From NCBI RefSeq assembly GCF_026571515.1, contig NW_026864529.1, positions 1 to 64,000 on the forward strand: a stretch of 64,000 nucleotides of DNA. Direction: 5' to 3'. Source of the stretch: Ruditapes philippinarum (Eukaryota). How positions within the stretch are numbered: position 1 is the first letter of the stretch; each line of letters starts with the position of its first letter. A model generated the notes under the pieces. That model was not told the origin of the DNA. It was given only the letters and a program-made list of their open reading frames with translations, and made no database searches. This document shows, one piece after another, positions 37,901-50,338 of the stretch. The position numbers were made by a program, and so were the translations under genes.

Positions 37901-39090
37901 CAAGTAGGGTGTTTACATTATGCAAAACAAAAGATATGATACTTGCATTAATTACAAGACTTGAATAGGTGTAGACGCGGCCTAAGACTAGACAATTTAT
38001 TTAACCATAATAATCTAACGCGTGTCGAAATTTGTAAGGTAACCAAGAAGAGATATGAAAAGAATGATATTAAATGTGATTTCAATACATAACGTCTTTT
38101 GAAATTTTATTTCATGGCAATTTTAGATTGAATGCTTTACCATTTAATAAAATAAGAAAATAAGTTTCTTGGAAGGTATTGATTACAATTTTCAAGCAAA
38201 TAATACTTTTATGATGTGATCAGAATACGAAATCATCTTATTAGTACATTACATAACTATTTGTTATGCTTGGTATATGAAACCTCAAATAAATGCCTTA
38301 TATATATGCTTAATTTATTTTTTTCTTACCTGCAGGAACGTCAAAGTACGTTTTGTTCTTATTTCTGTCTCTGTGTGTTATTTTTAAATGGCAAACATTC
38401 ACCGATCATATGATAGGAAAACAAATTTGCCCAGTCAAATGAAGAACATTTAAATCTTGAAAAATAAATCAGTAACCGGATAACTTGGACATCTATGAAT
38501 CTCTCTACTGACTAGGTTGTCTTGAAATCTATAATGATGTATTGGTATTTGTGTAAAATCAATTATTCATACATTGTTGTAAGATATCCGTATCTTGAAA
38601 AATGAAACAAAACAGAAAATTCTTGTCAATTTAAGTTTTGAATAACTTCAATGAATATGATCAATATGATTGTACATGAATGTATACCAAGTTTAGTAGA
38701 TTTGTACCGCCAGATGATGACTGTATAAGTTTGATTAAATAACATCACGTCCGTCACCTTACCCTTTGCGCTTTGTGTAATCCTAATAACTGCATAGCAA
38801 TTGTTTCGTCTTTCAGATGTTTCTGTATAACAACATATCCCTTGAGCTACGGAAACAAATAGCTGTTGGTTGCATGACCATACAGATCCATACAAACCAA
38901 ACTCTTACAACTACACACGAATTCTGTAATAAGTATCTTACAATCTAAAGCAGATTTTCATTAAGAGCGTTGTAATTTACAAATTAATTCAGAACAACAC
39001 GTAACAGCTTTATGCAATAAAACTGCTTTGCAAATTATAATTTACAATTGATCAATATTGATAGCCAATTTTATACATCAACATTTTGAA
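34980..39090 (+). pseudogene. Probable Toll-like receptor pseudogene, copy A (interrupted by a LINE)
   Basis: Mixed-frame translation gives CFCNFQ...MHVLCSE (LRR-NT); LRR-like FNHNNLTRVEI, LPFNKIRK, IRNHLISTL and ISNRITW; NQLFIHCC, NEYDQYDCT and FVPPDDDCISL (LRR-CT-like); ITSVTLPFALCVILITA (TM); then LSYGNK and CWLHD (TIR box 1-like). It has many stops and frameshifts. Confidence 0.55.
35669..37563 (+). mobile_element. 5'-truncated CR1/L2-group LINE (RT and C-terminal region, 3' UTR), degenerate
   Basis: Contains ESQVGFR...STIDNVFIL, FVDFTKAFD, SLSPFLFSMYLND, LLLYADDIV, ILNYGSQIWG and RFRTSSHRLKVETGRW...ERTCNIC...ENEFHVLLECP. The 3' end has a small stem-loop (tgggtataataccca), AATAAA and an atcttgaaatctt tail. 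The empty site is seen in unit B at about 43775. Confidence 0.92.
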
Positions 39091-39209
39091 TATAGTTGTG
39101 CAGCTTAAAAGCAGCATGATTTATGATACTTTAGATGAGTCTGGTGCTAAATACTGTAAAATCAGTAGGCCTATTTATTGCATGCAACATGTAAATTGTC
39201 TCTTGTAGT

Positions 39210-39479
39210 TTGAATATTTTACTTTCTTACATTCTTCGTACATTTATTCTCAAGGATAATTTCCTGATCCTAGGGCATAGAGCTTCAGCATAATGCAAAC
39301 AGAAAATGATTGTGCATAATCCCAATTAGAAATCAATATCGTTTTGAATATTTTACTTTCTTACATTCTTCGTACATTTATTCTCAAGGATAATTTCCTG
39401 ATCCTAGGGCATAGAGCTTCAGCATAATGCAAACAGAAAATGATTGCGCATAACCCCAATTAGAAATCAATATCGTTTT
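39210..39479. repeat. 134-bp direct tandem duplication, near-identical
   Basis: tgaatattttactttcttacattcttcg...aatcaatatcgtttt starts at 39211 and again at 39345. Confidence 0.92.
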
Positions 39480-41750
39480 ATTTAATTTGCTTTTGCGGAA
39501 TACAAATTTTACAGTGTAATAATATTTTCTTGACATAATATATATTAATTTAATATAATCATTAAATGCCAAAATTAAATATCGATTATTTCATTTTTTT
39601 ATTTTTGAATTAGAAATAGAAATACCAACCATAGAAAAGGTAAAACTTTAATATTTATGTTTCACATGACTGACAGAGCAAATACAATATCAATGATAAC
39701 TTGTGTATGTTTCATAATCAAGCACTATAAATACTATAATTATTTCTCTTTATTCACGTTGTCGTGATTTTAATCACTTAGTTAGGTCTTACGTTTTGAT
39801 TTTATTATTCTCTGATGGTAATTATCAAGGCATTGCCGTCATACAAAGTTGTTTAATGGTAAATGTACTAAGCATAGTACTAAATATATCAATACCGTTA
39901 TCCATGCGGATAATTAAATACTTGAAACATATTCTATTGCGGCTTGCTTTTAACTTCTACACATGTCATAATACTGCATATGGTAATGAACTAAAATTAA
40001 ATTAATAAATAAGTAAAAGTTGGACTGTTATACGGCTATAGCTGCCAAAGGGTTTTTCACAAGCGGTGGAAAATGGTATCAAAACAAGGTAATGTTCGTT
40101 CTCAATAAACGGTCGGGTTAACGCTGCTTTATATAGATATAAATAGCATCTGACCGACACATCGCGTAGGGATCGTATTCACCGCCGTCTGCATTTAAAC
40201 TTTGCTTTTTAAATCCTTCAGAAATTTCATGACAATGTGTACGTGTCAGGAGCTAGAAGAGTTCATATGTGCACTTTTGTCGCAAATGGACAATTTTTTG
40301 TTATTATTGTTTCATTAAGTTACACTCGATAATCAAGTAACGGATGACAAGATACATGATATTTATCTTTGCTTCTATGACGAATGTTCCACCGTCGCTT
40401 TGATGCACCAACTGCTTCTGGGAAAGCAATTTCTTGTTCAAGCTATGTAAGTATCAATAATGTAAGTTATTTGTCTGTCTTTAATATCACCGCCTTATAA
40501 TATTCTTAAGCAAGCTCCCTATAAACTCCCAAGCTTTATAAAGCTATTTATAATTAGTATAAGGTTAATACTATAATTATATATCACATATTGCCTGTGA
40601 CTTGGGGCAAAAGAATTTTAATCGAGACCAAGCAATGTAGAAATATAGTTTCCCATATTTATTTGTTTAGGTTACTGCAAAGAGTACTCATTATTGATCA
40701 TAATCTTATGCAGTTAAAAGGTGTGCTGAAATCATTTGCATTTATTTTGCATCGGTTTTATAAAATGGCGCTAATGTGTTCGAAGATATTTATATCATGT
40801 CATAAAATGAATTTTCATCATGGTAAGTGGCAATTTAAGCACTTAACTATTTAAATTATATACATGTATTGTACATTATTACCCTCTAGATAAATCTTAA
40901 GGAAATTTTGAAACAATTTAACTTCTACAATACATATCAGTTTATACAAATCGTGACTGTATTTTCATCAATTAAAACATTTTGTCATATTATAACATTT
41001 AAAACATGTATAACAAAAAGATTGTTATGAAATGAAATGTTTTTATGTTTGAAAGCAAATACATGATATATTTCAGAATTTCAATACTTAAAAGACTTTT
41101 TGCGAATATACCGCTAACTATCAACCTCTTAGCACGAATGTAGTGCATTTTTTAAATCAGATTTTTTATATTTTTATGTTAACCTTAAAATTATTTAAAT
41201 ACACGTAATGAATCATATTACAATACATTTTATTTATCTTTTCGCCAAAAACGTTCTCCATATTAAAAGTATTCATGTTAAGCTATACGTAATTTAAGCA
41301 AATCGGTAATTTGTTGTATTGAAAGTTTCGAAAAGTTTTATTTTGTATTCATTCTGGATTTTCAAAAGAATTTTTATCATTAAGTGTATATCGTGTAACT
41401 TTTTGGTTTTGTGTTTGTGTGCGTGTTTGGCTTTCTTACGGTTAGCGTGTAACTTTCTTTCTTTCTTTTTTTCTTTCTTTTTTTTTTCGAGCGTTTACTT
41501 TCCGTGTTAACTTAAACGTTCATCCCGCTGTAAATATTGAAGAAGTATATACTGGTCTTCTTGTATCTAAACCGTTTCTGTCTATCCATTTATCAATTAT
41601 ACTCATACAATGATTGTATTATACTGTACAAAGTTTGGAACGGTGAACAAAATATATTCACTTAAGGGATAAGCATATAGTAATTTATTAATTAGTGTAA
41701 AACAAAAAGGCCGCTGTAATGTCTGTAGATAAAATAGGGAAAAGGAAATG

Positions 41751-41812
41751 TTCTTCTTCTTCCTTTATTCCTTCTTCTTCTTCTTCTTCTCCTTTCTTCC
41801 TTCTTCTTCCTT
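41751..41812. repeat. (CTT)n microsatellite (paralogue at 50298-50349)
   Basis: Directly visible in both duplication units. Confidence 0.85.
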
Positions 41813-43190
41813 TTTAACCGAGTAAGTTAATCTCAGGCGTAATCTTGAATTGAATGTATGGCTTCTCATGTGATGCATTCTGAAATCGGGTGATTAGTTT
41901 ATGGCTTTAAGGAATGTATTAGCCGTCAGGGTTAATAAATAAAACCATAATATAGCAAAACTGTGTTTAGCAGAAAGAACACATTTCCATTTACCAAATA
42001 AATTCATATTTCCTTTAAAATAAAATATATTTAGATCACGTTAACTTTTATAATACTATACCTTTAAACGGATTGGTCTACAATTAGTACAGTGTCCCTT
42101 CAAATGTTAATACAAACAACAGGAATGCATTATTTGTATATTTTTATGAACACTTTCTTGCAAAAAATGTAGATATAGTTTTATGTTTCTTAGCACGAAC
42201 ATTTATATGATGAAAAGTTATTTTTTCTTCCATAACGATTTATTGTCATTTTAGTCAACGTATCTCATACTCATCTCCAACTGTATAAATGTTATAATCA
42301 TTTCGTGGTTTATTATCGTGCATGCATTCAAAACTATTAATATATTACATACCAATATTCTGCGAAAATTTAAAGGAAAGGGTTCCAAATTGTAATGTCA
42401 AAATTGAGAAAAATGTATATAATAAACAGAAATTCAAGTTTTTTTTCTATAAAATACAGGATTTATTTTCATCTTTTGGTATTAAGATTATGATATACCG
42501 GTATCACTCGTGGCTATGGCCACTCATAAAAAATTTATTTTCTTACCACTCGATGTAAATAAAAAAAATATCCTCAATATAATTTATACTTTATATAAAT
42601 TTATATAGTGAGTTTTAAATAACACTTAATGTCATCAATCATAGAAGCCGATTAACTAAGGAAACAGGAACATTAAGTCATTATATTTGTTAAAAATAAC
42701 TGAATGACCTTACGAACACATGATGATTACTAACCGGAATACATCATGGAAGTGAAATTACTAATCTAAACTGATATGCTTACAAAGCCAATGTTCAATA
42801 CCAACAAATAATATGAGTTAAGGGTTACCTGTTTAATTAAAATCAATGATTTTAACTATAAAATATTTTGTTGTCAGCTCTACATGTTACCATCGATTGT
42901 GTAAAACGAGAATATATATCTAACATACAAAATATGAGCTCTTTAAAGTACCTATTTTGCATAGTCTTAGTGTCACATAAACGGAGTGAAATACAACAAT
43001 TTACCCAGTAACTTTATTTATTTTGTAATTAAACATAGATATTCATTTCAATGTTAAAGAAAAATAAACAATTCCCATATGTATCATGTATGTATTGTCA
43101 ATTGAATACCCTTATAATAATGCATGAAGTAGATTTCGGACAACATATATATATTCGTAGTAATATGAACATGTAGAATTCTTCTTTCAG

Positions 43191-45338
43191 CCTGATTGTT
43201 TCAATGTCGCTTAGAATCAGAGCAAACCTATAAAATCATTAATATACAGCATTGAAATTGTTCCTGCAATCTTTGGCAAAGTTTAAGTATTTGAAAGTTG
43301 GTGCACCTTTTCTTCTGTTTCTGCAACTTCCACATTTTTTTTCTCAATTTCCTGCATGTATGTACTTTGTTCAGAAATTATTAAAGAATTGTAAAATTTA
43401 GCTGTATCAAAGTGCGCCGCCGTGATAAAATATATTAAAAATTGGATACATTATTATAAAAAAAATACAATGCTAAACAGTCTTTGACTAGGATATCTTA
43501 GGCCACATCCACACCTAGTCAAGATAAGCTAGATAAATGGCCCTTTCAACATATAATCAGGCACAAATTTTACTAAAATGTCTGATCAAGATTGCCCATG
43601 ATTGAAACCGTTGTCTTTGAAATACTATCATGTTTTTGTGTGAAATGTGTGAATAAAAAAGCGGGAAATGATGCAATTAGCTAAAAACGATGGAGTAAAT
43701 AAAGTGTGTACATTCTGTTTAAATAAATGAAAAATGTGATACAAAAGTATATTTTGAGCTTATAAATGGATGCAAATTCTTTATTTGATGAAAGTTATTC
43801 ACTAAATGAACAAGATCATTAAAATTCCCTATCGATTATACTTTAAAAAAAGATTTTTTTCTTGCTCTTATGTGTATCAGTGTATCGATTTGTTCCTTTG
43901 ACCAATACATTATAAACATTTACTGAAATTTATAGGTCATAAACACTGAATCAGTGACAAAAAAGTGAGACAATAATAAAAAACAACACTTTCACCCCTT
44001 TGGGGGCACATGTTTTGTGTCAAACCGGTGTTATCAGTGTCTTGACAGCCAAAACACGTGAAGAAAAATAGGACGTGTTCTAATTTTCTTGCAAGGAATT
44101 ATCTTCGTCACATACTTTCTTTTCAAAAATCGTTCAAGTAGGGTGTTTACATTATGCAAGACAAGGAAATATGATACTTGCATTCAAGACTTGAAAAGGT
44201 GTAGACGCGGCCTAAGACTTGACAATTTACTTAACCATTATAATCTAACTCAAGTCGAAATTTATACCAAGAAGAGATATGAAAAGAATGATATTAAATG
44301 TGATTTCAAAGTCGTTTGAAACTCTATTTTATGGCAATTTTAGATTGAACGCTTTACCATTTAATAAAATAAGAAAATAAGTTTCTTTGAAACTATTGAT
44401 TACAATTTTCAAGCAAATAATACTTTTATGATGTTATCAGAATACGAAATCATCTTATTCGTACATAACGTAAGTATTTGTTATGCTTGGTATTTGAAAC
44501 CTGAAATAAATGTTTTATACGTATGCTTATTTAATTCCTTCTTACCCACAGGAACGTGAAAGTACTTTTTTGTCTTATTTTTGTCTCTGTGTGTTATTTT
44601 TAACTGGCAAACATTCACCGATCATATGATAGGAAAACAAATTTGCCCAGTCAAATGAAGAACATTTAAATCTTGAAAAATAAATCAGTAACTGAAAAAC
44701 TTGGACATCTATGAATCTATCTACTGACTAAGTTGTCTTGAAACCTATGATGATGTATTGGTATTTGTGTAAAATCAATTATTCATACATTGTTGTAAGA
44801 TATCCTCAACTTGAAGAATAATAAAAAAAACATTAAAATTATCGACAATTTAAGTTTTGAATAACTTCAATGAATATGATCAATAGGATTGTGTCTGAAT
44901 GTATACCAAGTTTAGTAGTTTTTTACGGCCAGATGATGACTGCATAAGTTTTAATTGAATAACATCACGTTCATCACCTTACTCTTTGCGATTTATGTCA
45001 TCATGATAATAGCATAGAAATTTGTTAACGTCTTTCAGATGTTTCAGTATGATAACATATCCCTTGAGCTACGAAAACAAACGTCTGTTGGTTGCATGAC
45101 ACTACAGAATTATATTGAAACAGCCAGATACGAACTCTGTAAAAGAATCTTATATCTAAAAACGATTTTCATTAAAAGCGTTGTAATTTACAAATTAATT
45201 CTGAATAACACGAAACTGCTTAAATTAGTACAACTGCTTTGCAAATTACAATTTGTTGTTAACAAATTAAACAAAGTGTTTCTTGATAAATATTTGATAA
45301 CCAATTTTATACATATCAACATTTTGCATACATCTTAA
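43191..45338 (+). pseudogene. Probable Toll-like receptor pseudogene, copy B
   Basis: Paralogue of copy A. It reads FLRPDDDCISF, then NITFITLLFAIYVIMIIA*, then FQYDNI/LSYENK/CWLHDT/LQNYIETARYELC, which resembles the start of a TIR domain. Confidence 0.55.
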
Positions 45339-46129
45339 AAGCAGCATTCCTCAAGATTAATGTAATATTTTTAAATTTAAAATGTAATTTATAATAAATT
45401 GTCCAGTAGAGAAAGAAAGAAAGTTACCAATTGCAAACCGCAAAACTACGAAAATTACCACACATAAGTCAAAATCTCCAAAAAAAGCCATTACTGCGTT
45501 ATTCATGCAGTAAACATTTGGCGATAAATACTGTAAAATCAGTATTAATTACATACAACATATCAGTCGTTTCTTGAACTGTGAATATTTTACTTTCTAA
45601 AATTCTTACTATAGTAATTTTCTTGTTATATTTTTGGCTCATATTTCGGAATAGAGAATCAGAAGTTAAATGCATACTGAAAATAGTTGCACATATTTGT
45701 TTTTGCGCATAACATCATTGGAATGAAATATCTAATTTAACCTGATATGCTTACATAACTAATGTTTAATACCCAAGCGCAAAAACAATATGAGTTAAGT
45801 GTTACATCCATGTTGTTTTTTGTTTACTTATAACAAACATTTTTGTTATCAGTGCTACATGTTACCATGTATTGTATAAAAATCGAGAATATATATCAAA
45901 GAGACAAAATATGAACAATTTTAAGTACATAGATATGACAAAAAGTAAAAGTAAACACTTTACCCAGTAACTTTATTCATCAAGTCAAGAATTCAATGGG
46001 TTTTTTTTCCCTTTATATATCATGTATTATGTATTGTTAATTGAATACCCTTATAATGATGCATGAAGCAGATTTCGGAAAACATGTATATATTCGTAGT
46101 AATATGCATATTTAGAATTCTTCTTTCAG

Positions 46130-47650
46130 CATCATTGTTTCAATCTCGGTGAAGATGATTGCTGTATCAGCAAACAAACCTATAACATCATTTATCTACA
46201 GCATCATTCAAATTATGTTGCTGCATTCTATGGCAAAACTAAATGATTTTAGAGACGGTGCACCTTTTCTCTTGTTTTTGCAATGTCCTTTTTTTTCTCA
46301 ATTGATTTTGCCTACTTTCCGGATGCACATACACCGTTCAAAAATATCAAAGTATTGCAAGTTCCTTTGCAAGATATATTTTATGAGGTTTCAAAAATAT
46401 TTTCATAAAAATCTAGCTGTTGCTATGTACGCCGCCGTGGTATAATATGCCACAAATAGAAAACATTATTATTAAAACATAAAATGCTAAAGAGTCTTTG
46501 ACTAGGGCATTTAAGACTAGACTATTTACAATACCATTGTTATCTAACAATCGAAATTTTTACCAAGAAGAGATATGAAAACTTATATTAAAATGTGATT
46601 TCAATGAAATTCTGATTCATGACAATTTTAGAATGAACGCTTAACCATTGAATGATTTATCGGAGTTCAAAAAAATTAATGTTTTGGAAAGTATTGATTA
46701 CAATTTTCAAGCAAATGATAATTTTATGATGCCTTTAGAATCAGAAACCATCTTATTCGTACATTAAGTAAGTATTTATTATGCTTGATATTTGAAACCT
46801 CAAATAAATACCTTATCCGTATGCATATTTATTTCCTTCTTACCCGCAGGAGCGTCAACGAACGTATTTTTTCTTCTTTTTTATTTGTGTGTGCGTGTGC
46901 GTGTGTGTGTCTTTTTAACTGGAAAACAATCACCTATCATATTTAATGAAAACGAAATTGCTCATCAAATGAGCAGCATTTAAATCTTGAAAAATAAATC
47001 AGTAACAGAAAAAATTGGACATCTTTGAACCTATCTCCTGACAAGGTTGTCTTGAAACCTATACTGATGAATTGGTATTTTTGTAAAAACATTTATTCAT
47101 ACATTGTTGTAAGATATCCTCAACTTGAAAAATAAGAAAAAAAATTATCGACAATCTAAGTTTTTTTATACTTTTAACTTCAATCAATATGATCAATGGA
47201 AATTAATCTGAATGTATACCAAGTGTAGTAGATTTGTACCAGAATATGATGACTGAATAAGTATTGATTGAATAACATCAAGTTCGTCACCTTGCTCTTT
47301 GCGATTTATGTCATCATGATAACAGCATAGAAATTTGTTATTGTCTTTCAGATGTTTCAGTATGATAACATATCCCTTGAGCTAAGAAAACAAACGTCTG
47401 TTGGTTGCATGATACTACAGAATTATATAGAAACAGCCAGACACGAAATCTGTAAAATATCTTATATCTTAAGAATATTTTCATTAAAGTGTTGTAATTT
47501 ACAAATAAATTCAAAATAGCACGAACAGCTTAAATTAATAAAACTATTAAGCGAATGCCAATACGTTGTTTACAAATTAAACAAAGTGTTTCTTGATCAA
47601 TATTTGATTACCGATGTTATACCTATCAACATTTTGTAAACATCTTAAAA
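46130..47650 (+). pseudogene. Probable Toll-like receptor pseudogene, copy C (internal deletion)
   Basis: Paralogue of A and B that lacks about 700 bp equivalent to 43500-44210; the junction is near 46510 (gactagggcatttaagactagac). Confidence 0.5.
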
Positions 47651-50307
47651 GCAGCATTCCTCAAGATTAATGTTAATGTTTGGGTTTTTTTTAATTTAAA
47701 ATGTTTTAACAAGTAAAATTGTCATGTAAACAAAGAAAGAAATTAACAAATTGCTCACCGCAAAGCTACGAAAATTACAACACAAATGCAAAAAAGCCAT
47801 AACTGTGTTAATCATGCAGTAAAAATATGGCGATAAATACTGTAAAATCAGCATTTGTAAATTGTTTCTTGAACTCTGAATATGTTACTTTCTAAAATTC
47901 TCAGTAATTTTCTTGATATATTTTGGCTCATCTTTCGGCATGGAGAATTAAATGCAAACTGAAAATAGTTGCACAAAGATGCTTTTGCGCATTACAATTT
48001 TTACAGTGTAAGAATATTTATTTATATTGACATAAATAAATTGAAATAAACATTTAAAGGCCAAAATATAAAAGCGTTTAGACTAAGTTATTTTTATTTT
48101 GAATTAGAAAATTGAATACCAATCGTAGAAAAAGTTAAACTTTAATATTAATGTTTCACATGACTGACAGAGCAAATAGAATATTAATGATAACTTTTGT
48201 ATGTTTCATAATCAATTACTATAAATACTATAACTATTTCTCTTTATACACGTTGTCGTGATTTCAATAACTTATTTAGCTCTTACGTTTGTATTTATGA
48301 TTCTCTGATGGCAATTATCAAGGCATTGCCATCATACAAAGTGGTTTAATGGTAAATGTACTAAGCATAGAACTAAATATATTTCTTACGTTATCCGTAT
48401 GGATAATAAAATACGTTAAACATACACTATTGCTCTTATCTTCTAAAATATATGTCATAATACTGCATATGATAATCAATTAAAATTAAATGAAAAAAAA
48501 GTACAAGGGGACTGTTCTACGACTATATCAGCCAAAGGTATTTTTACAAGCGGCTGGAAAAGGTATCAAAATAAGGTTATGTTCGTTCTCAATAAAAGGT
48601 CATGTTTATAATGCTTTGTGTAAAGTTGATCGCTCAAAATAGATATAAACAGCATCGGACCGACCGCATTGTATACTGATGGTATTCACTGACGTCTCCA
48701 TTAAAACTTTGCTTTGAAAATCCTTTAGAAATTACATGGCACTGTGAACGTGTCAGGAACTAGAAAAGTACATATGTGCACTTTTGTCGGACCGGTTTAA
48801 CGTTGTGTCAATAAGTTACACTCGGTTATAAAGTAACCGATGACAACCGTTACGGTAGATGAAATGTAAGATGCATAAAATTCAGATTTATCTTCGCTTT
48901 TGCTACGAATGATGCACCAACCTAGATTTAATGGTAAATGTACTTAGCATATTACTAGGAAAGATATTGAAAGATATTGCTTGTTCAAGCTAATCATGTA
49001 AGGTTTTACTCTGTCTTTAATATAACCGTCTTATTATGTTCTTTATGAAGCGCCCTATAAACTCAGCTCCCTATAAACTCCTGTTAAGTTAAGCTCCGTT
49101 TAAGCTTTGTAAAGGTATTTATAATTAGTATCAACTGAAAACTGCATGTATATAACTCACACATTGCCTGTGACCTTAAGCGAAAGAAAGTTTATCGAAA
49201 CCAAGCAACGCAGATATATATTTTATACAAATAACCCGTTTAGGATACTGCAAAGTGTACTTGTTCAAATATTGACCACATTCCCAATCTTATAAACTAT
49301 TTATTATAAACAGTCGTGCATTCAAAAGATTTGCTGAAATAATTTGCATTTAATTTGCATCGTTGTTATAAAATATCGCTTATGTCTTCGAAGTCTTAAT
49401 ATATATACAGATATATATTCATCAAGGTAAGTGGCAATCTAATAAAGCACTTAAATATACAAATTATATAATGTACAAAAATTATTATTCTCTAGATAAG
49501 TCTACAGGATATAACTTGATGCGTTTATACAAATCGTGACTGTGTTTTCATAAGTTAAAATATATTGTTATTTTATTGTTTTAAAATAAAAGGATTGTGG
49601 GAAAGCAGATATATGATTTATTGCAGAATTGTATACTTTACAGACATTTTGCAAATATACCGTTAAACTAACGCCCTCCTGGCACGAATGTGCTGCATTT
49701 TTTAAATCAAATTTTGAGTTTTATATTTGTGTGTTGCCTACTTAACTTATACCAATGCACGTGTTGAATCCTATTACAATATATTTTATTTCATTTTTGT
49801 TTTCGCCGGAAACGTTGTCGCTGTAATAAACGTCTTCATGATAAGTTATCATTGAACCAAATCGGTACAATATTGTGGACTGAATATGTTGTATTGAACG
49901 TTACGAAACGCTTTATTTTGTATTCGTGTTGGTGTTTCAAAAGAGCATTTTTTTGTTCGTGTGCGTTTTTCGCGTTTGACTTTCTTTCTTTCGTTTAGCG
50001 TGAACCATTCTTTTTCTTTTTTTTTTTGGCGTGTAATTTTCGTATTAACTGACACGTTCATCCTACTGCAAATATTGACAAAGTATACATTGTACTTCTT
50101 TCTGTATTTAAAACGTTTCTGCCTCGGCATTTTTCAATTTATTCTCATAAAATGATTGTATTAAACTGAACTAAGGTTGAACGGTGAACAAAATATTCAT
50201 TTAAGGGGTGAGCATATCGTAGTTGATAATTAATTAGTGTGAAACAAAAAAAAATCGCTTAAATGACTGTAGGCAAAAAAGCGGAAATGAAAATGATTTC
50301 TTCTTCC

Positions 50308-50338
<31 letters not shown>

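Noticed and set aside
38325-38340. Minus-strand donor-like site (cag|gtaaga) conserved in the three duplication units
   Set aside because: No coherent minus-strand exon or ORF could be built; the conservation is explained by the duplication itself.
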